Source: Paraphysomonas bandaiensis (lineage: Eukaryota > Protista > Chrysophyceae). Taken from it: a stretch of 64,000 bases of DNA. The stretch is from positions 1-64,000 of the forward strand of contig CBFFRP010000132.1 of the NCBI GenBank assembly GCA_965644295.1, given 5' to 3'. Shown here in pieces: positions 44,151-56,932 of this stretch (position 1 is its first letter; every line of letters starts with the position of its first letter). The position numbers and the translations under genes are program-made. The notes under the pieces are model-generated. The model was not told the origin of the DNA. It saw only the letters and a list, made by a program, of their open reading frames with translations, and ran no database searches.

Positions 44151-45028
44151 TTATGACATAATATCTTTCTCTTTTGTTTTAACAAGCTGAACGACTTCTT
44201 CCACTTTGGCCTCAGTAACAGCATCAACCTGTTGATATTTAACGTGACTGAGAGCAATAATACGTGCTACACTTGCCTCTTTCATCAATACCCTGATTTC
44301 ATCTTCAGAGACCTTACCCTTAAGCTTTTTGATCTCATTCATTGTAGTCTTTCTGATCTGGCGAATCTCCTGTTTCACCTGATTGCAAACTTACTGAAAT
44401 CTCAATACAAAGCAACTCTGCATAATACCTTTTCGCCACTCTTTCCGACGAGCTTTATCATATCCGCCCTGGTCTCGGCACTTGGCTTTGGTACGGACAC
44501 GACTACAGCGGAACCCTCCACAGATGGCGTTAGACTCATGCCACAATCTCTCACTGCATTAGCAACTGGTTTGAGAAGTAAAGGGTCGTAAACGTGAATC
44601 GTTAGCGTATTTCCTCTAATAGACAGCTGGCCAGCCTCTGACATGTTAATGCTTCCACCATAAGCATTCACGGAAATATGACTAAACACATCAGATGTTA
44701 GCTTGCTACCACGGATTCGAGAAAATTCTTGAGACAAATACGATAATCTCCCATCCATTTTCTCAGCCGTGTCTTTTGATGAAGGTAGTGCAATCTCCTC
44801 ACCGTCATCGATGTTGTTCGGTTTTCTTTTTCCTCCTTTCGCCAGCACGGTAGTGGTTGAACGAAAACTTCGTGTGAGTACTCGAGTCGAATTCGGACTT
44901 TGCAAGTACATAGGTGGTCGAATGAACAAGGTCAAAAACCTTCGATATCTAGACACAGATCTCCAGTTAATGAAATCCAATGCACACAAAGCATGGCGAC
45001 TTGCGAAGCGCGAATTGCAAGACAGCAT
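44151..45028 (-). CDS. RRF: Organellar (likely mitochondrial) ribosome recycling factor; exons ~45028-44429, 44378-44277, 44228-44151
   Basis: EFSRIRG, ISVNAYG, LTIHVYDP, VSVPKPSAETRADMIK, KQEIRQIRK, VSEDE, KEKDIMS; 50-bp GT-AG and 48-bp GC-AG introns; start uncertain. Confidence 0.85.
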
Positions 45029-45157
45029 ATACACTAGTGTAATCGCAGAGAATAAATAACGCAGACAGATATAGGCGAAAAATCGAGACCACTCTATGTT
45101 ACTCTCCTATTCAACTCAACCATCACTACACCACATATCCGTAGGTGGGAAGTGTAT

Positions 45158-45168
45158 ATGTATGTATG

Positions 45169-45200
<32 letters not shown>

Positions 45201-45610
45201 TGTATGTATGTATGTATGTATGTATGTATGTATGTATGTATGTATGTATGTATGTATGTATGTATGTATGTATGTATGTATGTATGTATGTATGTATGTA
45301 TGTATGTATGTATGTATGTATGTATGTATGTATGTATGTATGTATGTATGTATGTATGTATGTATGTATGTATGTATGTATGTATGTATGTATGTATGTA
45401 TGTATGTATGTATGTATGTATGTATGTATGTATGTATGTATGTATGTATGTATGTATGTATGTATGTATGTATGTATGTATGTATGTATGTATGTATGTA
45501 TGTATGTATGTATGTATGTATGTATGTATGTATGTATGTATGTATGTATGTATGTATGTATGTATGTATGTATGTATGTATGTATGTATGTATGTATGTA
45601 TGTATGTATG
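45158..45610. repeat. (TATG)n microsatellite, about 450 bp
   Basis: Direct reading. Confidence 0.99.
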
Positions 45611-45720
45611 ATGCCGGTGGAATCGTTGCTCTGTCTATATCTTTACATCTCGTAACTATATTCTTATGCGAGTATATTTGTTTCGATACAGTCGTACATA
45701 GGTGTCGCTGAGGCGTTACT

Positions 45721-48700
45721 ATGGACCTAGGCTCAAAAGTTTGGGTCCATGTTGAGGGCGGATCTCTGAGCGCGGTGTGGCTGAGGGGCACTGTTGTTGG
45801 GTACAAAGAAGTGGGAAGTGATGTGAGCTTCAGAGTGCAGGTCGACAATGAGCCGATGAGGATTGATATTACATCTTCTAGATTGAAAGATTTCAGTGAT
45901 GAGTTCGAGCTGGTGAAGCTGCGGAATGATAGTGATGATAAGGACGACCTGGTCGACCTGGAACACTTGCATGAGCCCGCCATATTGAATTGCTTAAAAG
46001 AACGATTATTTGGCGATACCATTTATACAAACTGTGGCCCAGTATTAGTATCTATAAATCCTTATAAAAGCTTGCCGATATACGACCGAACCTTCATATC
46101 ACGCTATCGGACCGACTGTATTGCCTCTCAATTCAATCCCTCCATAAGGGTTACTCCACATATATACAGGGTGGCCGATTCTGCTTACCAGAGCATGATT
46201 CAGCATTTTTTGACGGACTATGCAGATCAGTGCGTTATTGTCAGTGGAGAATCTGGTGCGGTAAGGATATACTATTGTAGCTGCAACTTATAATGTGCCG
46301 CATATGCAGGGCAAAACTGAAGCAGCCAAATATATCATGCAGTATTTGGCCACAATCGCAGCATGGACACCATCTAGTAAGTTCTACGATGCAAATGAGA
46401 ATGGATTTGCCGCAGAGATCGGTATTCATCACTCCAATACAATATTGGAAAGTTTTGGGAATGCCCGTACTGTCAAGAATGATAATAGCTCGCGATTTGG
46501 CAAGTTTATTGAGATGCAGTTTTCAGCCTGCAGTAATCAGTACTTGATGAAAGGTGCAGTTGTATATACCTTTTTGCTTGAGAAAACAAGAGTGGCACGG
46601 CAGGGCGTCGGGGAACAAAACTATCATTGCTTTTACGAGTTTTTAAGTGGGAGTTCAGATTGCAGCAGGGAACTCCTCGGCCTGGAAGGCCGAGGTCCTG
46701 ACGATTTCGTTTACACTTCGCAGTCAGAATATGTGCGGAGAGACGATGTATCTGATGCGCTGCAGTATAGAGCCGTAGTTGAAGCCATGAGTGCATTGTC
46801 GATCCAAGAAGAGGAACGAGCGAACGTGTTCGCAGTTTTGGCAACCGTACTCCACCTTGGAAATCTATGTTTTTCACAAGAGAAGGATGTTTGTGCACTT
46901 TTGATGACCACAGAGTGCAAAGAGCATCTTGCATTTTGCTCAAGTTTGCTGGGTATAACGTCCAAAGATCTATTGTGTCTTCTCTGCGAGAAACGCATTG
47001 ATACACCTGAAGGTCCAGTTTGTAGAGGTTTGGATGTGGAAGAGGCCGAAAAAGAGCGTGATTTACTCGCCAAATCCATATACGAGGCACTTTTTGAGTA
47101 CCTTGTGACAAAAATAAATTATGCACTAGATAAAGACCCTGCCTCTATGAAGGGCGGTCGAATAGGTTGTATAAATATTCTGGACATTTTCGGTTTTGAG
47201 AGCGTTAAAAAGAATAGTCTCGAACAACTCTGCATCAACTACGCCAATGAACGGCTACACGACCACTTCAATACCTCCTTTTTCCGCAGACAACAGACTC
47301 AATACGAATTAGAAGAGATTAAATGGCAGTTCATAGCTTTTCCTGACAACAGTGATGTGCTTGATTTACTTGATAACAAGAGCTCGGGTATGCTTGCTCT
47401 GTGTGACGAACAGGTATTGCTCCACCAGGCTACTGACGCCTCTCTTGTGAGCAGGTTTTATGACATTTATAAAGAGCATCCATGTTTTGAGGCAGATTCT
47501 ATACCTGGGGACTCACGCATATTTGTAGTGCGACATTATGCTGGACGTGTTACATATGATTCCACGTCCTTCCTTGAAAAGAATAGAGACATGGTTCGGA
47601 ATGACATGTATGAGACATTACTTCACTCAGACTGCTCTTTTATACGAAATCTATGTACCTACTTAATAGACAACTCTTCATCGCACTACATTATCAATAA
47701 AGCTGAATCTAGTGTGCTGCCTTTTGAAGTGAAAAGAAGCAGATCTATCACTGAGGAGTGTTGTTGTGCAAACAGTGAAGTTGTTCCTGGTCTTATTGCT
47801 AGTGAAAATTCACCGTCTCGATTGGACTCCAGCCAGTTTGTAACCCCCTCTTTACGGCAGCCGTCTCTGCATAATTTATTCATCAATAGTCTTTGCTCCA
47901 AATTTAGACAAAAAATTGACACTCTCATACACAAAATGAGCTTGAACTCGCCTCATTTTGTGCGCTGCATCAAACCGAATGACGGAAGCAACTGTAGAAG
48001 ATTCGAAGAATTTCGGGTAATTCACCAGCTCAGATATAGTGGGATTCTTGAGAGCGCACGAGTTGCCAAGACTGGATATTTTATGAAATATCAATTTGAT
48101 GAGTTTATTAGGCAGTATGAGCCTATATTCCGCCACGAAGGCTGTATGAGTGGGAATAATATCACATCTGATAAGCGTGTGGTCTGCCTAAAGCTCTGTG
48201 AGCGCTTATCTCATTATATTGTGTCGAATCATTCCCTCCGCCCCTCTTTAGATATTGTGAGTCATAGCAGTGCATTGGGTGACGTGCAAGTTGGTCGAAG
48301 TAAAGTATTTTTGCGTCGTAACGCCTTCCTCACTCTTGAGAGTATCAAGTTACATCGTCGAGGAGAAGCAGCCATCGTTATCCAGTCCTTTTTCAAAATG
48401 TTTCTGTTACATAAGAAATGGAAGAGGATAAAATATGCTAGTACCAATATTCAACGCTTTCTGAGGTTTGTGTGTTTAATACAGTAAATTACATAAAACT
48501 ATTTTCAGGCATTTGTTGACAAGGAATGCTGTGTCACGTCGTGAGTACGACGCAGCGGTGACAATACAAAAAATATTACGAGGAGTCCGCATTCGATTGG
48601 GTGCTTTGAAGCAGACGCGGGCCGTACTGCTAATTCAATCTCTCGTTCGCCAGAAGTTTTCCATTCGGAAAAGGTTAATATCTATAGATATATATCTGAA

Positions 48701-50428
48701 CTTGCATTTATTTTGTATTCTAGACCTCAGTATTGTGAAGCACCAAGACATCTTAACGGTGCTCTCTCTTCAAGCGGGATCAATATTATGGAACGCCCAT
48801 CAGAAACAGTGATTCAGAGCTGCGGGGAGATGGGGAGTGAGTTGAATACACTAGTCTCGCAGCAGGAGTGCAGAATCGTAGAATTAGAATCCCTTCTAGA
48901 ACAGGCTTTATGCAGAGCGTCTAAATGTCTGGGGGTGTCATCAATAGAGGCTAGATTTCTCTTACTATCTTCTTCAGAAGCCGAATTTCAACAGGTTTTA
49001 TCAGCTAGAGGAAGCTCGGAGGTGTCTGGGGTGGACGATTCTTTTCCAAGTATATTGTCTTCTATTGTCCCTTCCTTTGATATTCCTGCGTACAAAAGGT
49101 CAAACGATGTAAAATTTGATGAGTATATCAAGGCTATGCATGCACTTCTTGAGGATGCTGTATTTAGAGGGGCGATCCATGATATGAAAGCTGTGCTGAT
49201 GGCTGCACCAAAGGCCGTCAATATTATCAATACTAGTGGCAAGACTGTATTACACTATGCTTGCGAGAAGCAGCTTGTGGATGTTGCGGAGTTACTAGTA
49301 CAGTACAATCCAGCCCTGGGTACTAGAACAACAGATGGACGATCTAGTCTTCATCTTGCCAATGATGCGCGAATCGTAAAAATTTTATGTGAAGAAGGGA
49401 TGGACTCTAACATACGCGATAGTACAGGGCAGACTCCATTGCATTTTTACACTCTTAATAAGCTCTACGAATGTATCTCGGTCATATTGACTTATGGGGG
49501 AGATCCTAATGTAGAAGACTGGCGGAATAGACGAACTCCGCTGCAATATGCAGCTAGTATGGGTGATTACCGCTTGCTATGTCTCCTTCTTTATTCTGTT
49601 GTGCCTGCGAAAGTAAATAAACCCGACTTTGACGGAAACTCGCTGTTGCACTTGGTTTGTATGTCGGGGGCTCCGAATAGTCAGATACAGAAATGTGTGA
49701 TGCTTCTTTTGGACCGTGGTGCGTCTCCCCGCTCTACGAATATGAGGGGAATAACTCCCTTGCATTTCCTCGTTGGGAATCTACACATCTGGCATGAGAG
49801 TGAGGAGAAAAGAGTGGAAGTAGTGCAGTTAGTGCAACTCTTGCTGAATATAAGTGTGGATGTCAATGCCAGAGACAGAGACGGTTGCACTGCGTTGGTA
49901 GTTGCCTGTGCTCATAGAAAGTTCGAGCTCTGCCAGCTGCTACTTCAAAATAATGCCGATATGAATCTCCCATGTGCTATGAATTCTTATCTCTTGCGTC
50001 GTGGAAATTCTAGTGAGGAAGAGAGTGTTGTTGATGGAATGGAATGCACTGCTAGTGATTTGTTTCCTCCTGGGCGTAAAAGAGCGGAAATATTTGCCTA
50101 CATCAGCGCTCCACAGACACCTATTCCTCACGATTCTAGACAGAGTTGTATGAACTGCGGGGTGAAGTTTTCAAGATCTAGTTTTTTTTCAAATTCAAAA
50201 ATTAACTGCCGAATGTGCGGCCGGCTTATTTGTTCTGCCTGTGTTTCGTCAATTGAGTTTCTTCTGGAAGACTTACCGAGCTTTTTGGTGTCTAGTATGT
50301 ATGATGACACTCTTTCACAGTTCAAGATGTGTATTGTTTGTGGTCCCATTATAATTGAGAATTTCCCACAAACAGCTGAGGCGATGCGAACACGCAGTAG
50401 TAGTGGAAGTACTTTTGTTCCTTGGTGA
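45721..50428 (+). CDS. Unconventional myosin (~1521 aa): motor, IQ motifs, ankyrin repeats, FYVE-like finger; exons 45721-46260, 46310-48465, 48509-48673, 48724-50428
   Basis: GESGA-GKT P-loop across intron 1, LESFGNARTVKNDNSSRFGK, LDIFGFE, HFVRCIKPN, IQ motifs, GQTPLHF/RTPLQYAA/GITPLHF, CMNC...CRMCGRLICSAC...CIVC; introns of 49, 43 and 50 bp keep frame. Confidence 0.93.
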
Positions 50429-51451
50429 TGAAAGAGTAAAATTTCACTACTTGTCATATAGCACTGAATGTTTTCAAATATATATATCTACAGAATATTG
50501 ATGCATGTAATCTAAGTAGGAGATCATATTCGATTAGGGTTAGGGTTAGTTGATTGTAAAGTGCGTTTACTATTCAGTTACTTAATATATACCACCCAAA
50601 GCGACAGTGTGGCCATAGTGTAGGCTTGCTGGTACACCACATATAACACCAAGATTTTGCGCTGATTTACATTATAGACATTACTCAGTAGACATTACTT
50701 CTATTACTAGTACCAGGGATAGGGAGCAATATATTGTATTGCGTATTGAACTACAACCAACTCCTACGTGCGTACTTGAAGTTTGGTAAAGCCAATCGCT
50801 AGTAGTTATCCTGTATTCTATGTAGCAATGAAATACAGAATATACATGACTACACTATAGGAGTAGCTATAACAAGTATACAAAGGAACTGAAAATATAG
50901 TAGCTGTTAAAGATACGATTTGTAGAACAGAATGTTAATGTTGGTGAATGACGTGGTTCCTAACTCACAGTGCTACAACATCATAATTTCGCTATATCTT
51001 CTATAATATCAATCAGTCAATATTGCACTAACTATATAAGCTTAAGTTAATATTGCAATACATTGTACAACATATTGATTGGTGTACCGGTCAAATATTC
51101 CATCGATATTGTTTCTGTTAAAGTAACTCACAATATTTTGCAATCAATATTATGATAGTCATATACAGAAAGATTCTTAACTGTATGGTGCAAAATATAC
51201 TAAATATCCGGAAAATAAAAGAAAAAAGCCTATTTTATATTTTTGATGTTATTTTCTATTTTTTATGTTCGCCAGCTCAAACAGTACTCTACACCTCTAC
51301 ACATGTACGTACAGTAATTCTCTTAGTATAATATATATATCCTATAGTGATAAGAAGAGACATCTGAACTCTGAACGATGAATGCATACTAAAGTGGGGA
51401 CATTTACCGCTGTTTTTGGAGTCCGGTTGACAAACAGGAGGATCAAGTCAA

Positions 51452-51643
51452 GTGAATCTTTATGAATGCCTGGACATTTTTGGTAGCTTATTGAGGGACT
51501 TCGGGGCAAAGTATCCACTATCTGCTTTAAAGGAACACAGTTCCATTGCTAATGATCCGAATTTTGAGAATGGAATTGCAAAAATCCAAGCAGGCGAAGA
51601 AATTGAATTGACAAGATCTGAGAAAGATGCTGTTAGAATATGA
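51452..51643 (+). pseudogene. Possible hAT-type transposase remnant
   Basis: SSIANDPNFENGIAKIQ...LTRSEKDAV resembles the C-terminal part of oomycete hAT-like transposases (from memory); AT-rich AATATTG-repeat flanks from about 50710. Confidence 0.35.
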
Positions 51644-51981
51644 CTAGTACATATACTACTTTCACTGACGTACAACAAACACCTATCATATCATTTACCG
51701 CATAATGCAGGATAAGCTCGTAGAAATGATTCTACAAATATAAATAGTTTATTGATGTGCAGCTATTTCTAAAATCATCGTTGACATGAGCAACATCGTT
51801 ATGTTCAATGGTAGTAATTTAAAATATGAGTAAATAAGCTACGAGTAAAATCCAAAGAGGATATATATACCCTGAAGCACATGACAAACATTGCAGGCAT
51901 AACTTAGGAAAAAGTATCTATCAGTAACGCACAGATAACTATTTATTTAATGTCTACACCGCAAACCGAAACACTAACTGT

Positions 51982-53247
51982 TCAACCGTGACACTGGTTG
52001 CCGCTGACCCTAGTCAAAAAGTGCATGTCTGCATAGCCCAATGCTTCAGAGATATGCTTTCGGTTTTCACCTTTGAAGTCGTACTCGTCATCACTCAGTG
52101 CGTCGCAGTTCGTACCAATACAGACGCCGTAGAAATGAGCCGGATAGAAGCCACCGGGGGTCAGAATGGGGTGACGAAACTGCGGTCTTAGAGCAGCTCC
52201 TGTGTCCCCGTATCGTTCATTCCACTCTGCCAACATCGCCAGGTGCTCTATCCATGTCTTTTCCCAGCTCTCGCCGTAAGACATCGTCAATTCCTCCTCC
52301 TCCGCAATATCACGTGTAGCTACATACGCAATGTTAAGTGGGGCATGATCTAGCTGCTCCAAATCATTGGGAGACCATTCCAACATGGACTTCTCATCCC
52401 CAACTCCACCGTCAGAGCTCTCCCACTCGTGCCATTTCACCTCTACGTTTGACGATACTCCTCCGTGGTTGATCATTGCCCCAAGGCCAGTGGGAAGCAG
52501 GGCCACGTCCGAGTTCTCAGAGCAAAGGCAGTAATTAAGCAGCACCGAGTGGTTAGTCGTCTTCTGAACTTCATGCTTCGGCAACACCAGGACAGGAGAT
52601 ATCGATACAACGTCGCCCTTCTTGTGTGCCCGTTTCGTGAATACACCTTTACCAGCCATGGGAATAGTAGACACTTTCACATATATGTCAGTCAGACAGT
52701 GTCCCGATTTCTCTAACTCAGCTATGCTGTATCGCTTATTGTGCAAATTTTTAGCTCGAATGAGTTTCTTTTGTCTCTCACGAAACCAGTCGTCCCCATA
52801 ATTGACAAAAATTTCTTCGCCTGTGGATATTTTTTTCGTGGAAACATACCTGAACGATGGGAACGTGGTGTGTGCGTTGAAATAAATACTACTGGAATCA
52901 GGAATGTTTTCATCTTCCCATTCATGCTCGACTGATTCTTTATCTAACGAATTGTACATCATTCCGGTCCCAAATGTAATGGCATCAAAACTATCGTCAT
53001 CAGTGGCATACACGAAATACTGAAGCTGATTAGACATGGCAAAATCGTTACTAATTAAAAGCGAAGGAGAAACTTCGACTTCGCTTCCACCTTTAAAACT
53101 ATTCCCCGCATATACGCCACGCCCAAATCCTGCAAGAGAGTTCATTAAGTAACGATCGCATCTAGCGCAGGCATACACCAGAACATCAACCAAAATTATA
53201 AATTTAAAGAGATTCGTCATGTGAGATAAGTCTCTGATGAGAGACAA
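51982..53247 (-). CDS. Tandem (double) SET-domain protein with signal-peptide-like N-terminus
   Basis: GRGVYAG...GMMYNS...GEEIFVNYG (SET1); GKGVFT...GAMINH...EEELTMSYG (SET2); hydrophobic LFKFIILVDVLVYACA. True start is probably MTNLFK. Confidence 0.85.
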   Translation of the reverse strand: MSLIRDLSHMTNLFKFIILVDVLVYACARCDRYLMNSLAGFGRGVYAGNSFKGGSEVEVSPSLLISNDFAMSNQLQYFVYATDDDSFDAITFGTGMMYNSLDKESVEHEWEDENIPDSSSIYFNAHTTFPSFRYVSTKKISTGEEIFVNYGDDWFRERQKKLIRAKNLHNKRYSIAELEKSGHCLTDIYVKVSTIPMAGKGVFTKRAHKKGDVVSISPVLVLPKHEVQKTTNHSVLLNYCLCSENSDVALLPTGLGAMINHGGVSSNVEVKWHEWESSDGGVGDEKSMLEWSPNDLEQLDHAPLNIAYVATRDIAEEEELTMSYGESWEKTWIEHLAMLAEWNERYGDTGAALRPQFRHPILTPGGFYPAHFYGVCIGTNCDALSDDEYDFKGENRKHISEALGYADMHFLTRVSGNQCHG

Positions 53248-54787
53248 GTCTATTGCATCGTTAGGGAAGCCATGACTAATATGATATTGTACGACATAGT
53301 CTTGAACACGTTAAACTATCAGCAACCACCTCTGACGTATGGGCAACAGCATCTTATTTTTCGGAAATAAATTGAAGCAAAATTATTCTATATTACTGCT
53401 ATGCAACTACGTCTGGAATACAGATAATTGTTGTCTCAATATTAGAGGCTTCTTGGAACAAAAACACACAAAGGATGCCGATATGGAGGATTTGCAGACG
53501 AGAGTGAATCTCTGCAGCATAAACCGTATACGGGGGTATACAGAGAGTATTCATTGTGCATTGCAGAGGTACGAACAAAGAACAAAATCAGTCGAATCTT
53601 TTTTTGTTTCCTTCAAGTTATGACCGAGTGGCCCCCTCTGAACGAGCGATGTGAGATCATGTCACTTGTCACTGGAAAACGCCGTCACATGCTCTTGCCA
53701 CTCTTTATGGTTTTTGAATGAGCGCTCTTCTCTGTCTAAACATCTCCAGAGCCAGCAACCTTCAACTTGGGCTTCGTTTAGCATGGAGAATTCTGACCTC
53801 GCATTGACTATCTTTCAAGTGGTTCACATTTAATTGCATGACGCTCGCCTGCACATTGTAAGTTGCACTTTTTTCCAGTCACTCACACCAAATACAAAGA
53901 GCGAATACAGAAGCTGTACAACATTTACTTCAGGCATCCCTCGTCCCGTCTGCTTCCTGCTGGAAAGATATTCTCTATTCCAACTATACCCTCGTTTTCT
54001 GAAATCATGGTCCTAAGGAATAGCATTTATTCATCTAATTAATCAAGTCACACTTGAAACTTATACGGCGATATATCTTCAGACTGAAAATGACCCTTTT
54101 GAACTTAACGGCAATGGAAGTTATCAACAAAAAATATTTGTAACTACATCGTGGTGGACCTATTATAGAAGGAGACACAATATTAGTAGTATCGTGTGAA
54201 GTTTAAGCGTGGTAATAAGTTTTATTGTGGCTTTGAATTGTCATGCATTTTCTACCATGTTTGTCTGTAAAAGCTAGGTGCTTGACTGGTAATCTAATTG
54301 CACTAATTGGTTCTGTATTAACTCAACAATCTCAATACATGTACCTTGCGTACAAGCGAATGTTATTTTTAGGGTGAAATTGAAAGTAGAAGCGTGTCAG
54401 CTACTCGTCGATATCAATAAATGTCCCATTGATTGTTTGAAATATCTTAAGTGAAGAACTTTTATTAAGTTGATTCTATTTGGTGGAGTGAAGCAGTGAA
54501 AAATAGCATAACCTCTGTCATGGAAGTTTGGCTATCAATGATGTTGTCGAAATCGACTGGAGTGTATTCACGCATGGTATACTATTCATATCCACAGTAT
54601 ATAATAGAATTATGTAAACAATTAACCATGGAGCCCAGTCTTACCCTAGCTAAACAATTTTAACCATAGCACGACACAAAATAACATTATCCTACTTTGA
54701 AACTTTATATTATAAAAGCTCAAGTCTTCACAACCTCTAGAGCTACATTTAAACAAGTTTTTCGACTTGAGGTCACGCTTAAAATAC

Positions 54788-56092
54788 TTAAGAACCAAAT
54801 TTTAGCTGCTTTGGTGTACTACTTCGACTTCGAATTTTATCCCTCATACTGCTAGCGTGGTATTTCGCACTTTCGAATCTCTCGCGAACTTCCGCGCTAT
54901 TTTCTAACCGGTGCTGCGCACGAATAATATGACACTCACCAACATTTCTCCCGATGCAGACAGACACGAAGCTCGCAGGGAAAAAACCAGCCTCAATAGA
55001 GTGCCGAAATCCCGATGACATATCGCCGCATTCTTCATCGTTCTCGGTACAGGAAGAATAATCGGTCCATGCTACCTCCCAGCTCTCGCCGTAAGACATC
55101 GTCAATTCCTCCTCCTCCGCAATATCACGTGTAGCTACATACGCAATGTTAAGTGGGGCATGATCTAGCTGCTCCAAATCATTGGGAGACCATTCCAACA
55201 TGGACTTCTCATCCCCAACTCCACCGTCAGAGCTCTCCCACTCGTGCCATTTCACCTCTACGTTTGACGATACTCCTCCGTGGTTGATCATTGCCCCAAG
55301 GCCAGTGGGAAGCAGGGCCACATCCGAGTTCTCAGAGCAAAGGCAGTAATTAAGCAGCACCGAGTGGTTAGTCGTCTTCTGAACTTCATGCTTCGGCAAC
55401 ACCAGGACAGGAGATATCGATACAACGTCGCCCTTCTTGTGTGCCCGTTTCGTGAATACACCTTTACCAGCCATGGGAATAGTAGACACTTTCACATATA
55501 TGTCAGTCAGACAGTGTCCCGACTTCTCAAGCTCTTGAATCGATTTTGAATTCAGACTCCTTGAAGTGTCGACCTCCACATCCATGTTGTCGATACTTTC
55601 ACTGCCGACGATGAGTTCTTCTCCCGCTCTGATAATCCGAGTTGCATCTATACGAGTAGTTTGCGAAGCAGACATATCATTCTCACTGTCAATAAAGTAT
55701 AGTTGTTCATCACTGTCGTAATTAAGGTCAACATTTCCCGGTCTAGAATCGTTGTAATAAATCTGCATTCCAGTGCCAAACACGATTAGAGAGTTTCCGA
55801 TTTCCTCAGCCTCAAAAACAGAGTGAAATAGCTGTGTGTTTAGAACTGATTTCGTAGTAATAGACAGCGTAGGCATTTTATCTATAACATCACCGCTTGA
55901 GTAATCTTTGCCCGCATATACACTCGTCACTTGGCCCGGGCGATGACCTTTAGCTAGATATAGCCCGCACTCGCGAGAAGCACTTGACCCAACACAAAAG
56001 ACGCCCGCCAGCAGCACACATATATATAACATGCTTCGAAACTTTATATGAATGTGTGCATTATTTCTAGATCCGCTCATCAGCTGCAGCAC
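54788..56092 (-). CDS. Tandem SET-domain protein paralogue; first SET degenerate
   Basis: MLYICVLLAGVFCVGSSA signal-like, CGLYLA, IRAGEELIV; second SET nearly identical to the neighbouring gene. Confidence 0.85.
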   Translation of the reverse strand: MLQLMSGSRNNAHIHIKFRSMLYICVLLAGVFCVGSSASRECGLYLAKGHRPGQVTSVYAGKDYSSGDVIDKMPTLSITTKSVLNTQLFHSVFEAEEIGNSLIVFGTGMQIYYNDSRPGNVDLNYDSDEQLYFIDSENDMSASQTTRIDATRIIRAGEELIVGSESIDNMDVEVDTSRSLNSKSIQELEKSGHCLTDIYVKVSTIPMAGKGVFTKRAHKKGDVVSISPVLVLPKHEVQKTTNHSVLLNYCLCSENSDVALLPTGLGAMINHGGVSSNVEVKWHEWESSDGGVGDEKSMLEWSPNDLEQLDHAPLNIAYVATRDIAEEEELTMSYGESWEVAWTDYSSCTENDEECGDMSSGFRHSIEAGFFPASFVSVCIGRNVGECHIIRAQHRLENSAEVRERFESAKYHASSMRDKIRSRSSTPKQLKFGS

Positions 56093-56932
56093 TCAGCCGT
56101 GATGTGATGCGTGATGTCCATGTTGTGATGGGGGTTAAAAAAACATCCACAACACGCACTGCACCTGAAATATATAGATGGGAAATACATCCATGTATTA
56201 CATAATACGGCAGTGAATGAGGTTATACTGTCCGAACTACGAGCTCGAGCGGCGGGGAATGTCCATGCCATGATGGACGATATGTGAATGATAAACTAAC
56301 TGGAGTATTCGGGCCTCAATCAACGCATGAGTCTCTGTGTGCTGCTGTAGCTGAGCCACTTGTCCACACGTTCATTGCAGGATATGATGTGGACTTCATA
56401 TGTTGTGGATAGACAGTCACTGGAAAGACTCACGCAATGCTTGGCCCGCCAAATTCTATGGCTAGTGCTACAGCAAGCATGCCCTTAGATTCAAAGACTA
56501 CTCTTACCGGTGATGCCATTATTCGAGGCGAGCATGATATTTTATTGAGTTATGAGTTTCGCAGACCAAACAGTTTGCGACCTATTAAATGATAAAGCGC
56601 CGTGCTTTGTTGATGATAAACATCACCTACATGTACATAAATCTAAAGGGAGCTACTAAACGACCCATTTTATCTGCCGCCGATATGGTACTCATGACAT
56701 CTGCAGTTGAACTAGACTATCGACAGGAACGCGTATGAATGATACATTAGTCGATCTCCCTGTGTTGCTGTGTTTACCTTATCTGTCTCGAATCTCAATG
56801 GCGAAGTGTAGCTCCCTGTTATCAGAGTAATATGCTAGTCATCTATTTAACGGTGAGTGTAGTTTCGTGAGAGTAGAGCCCAGTGTTTTGACCTCATGGG
56901 AAGCGGTCTTATACAATAAATGCAACAGGAAA

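Noticed and set aside
50534-50549. TTAGGGTTAGGGTTAG telomere-like run (shorter ones near 13872, 35289, 44068, 57826)
   Set aside because: Fewer than three units; not enough to call an interstitial telomere.
53339-54060. Coding-like sequence between the SET genes (also 56100-56900)
   Set aside because: No stop-free spliced model or recognisable motif could be built.
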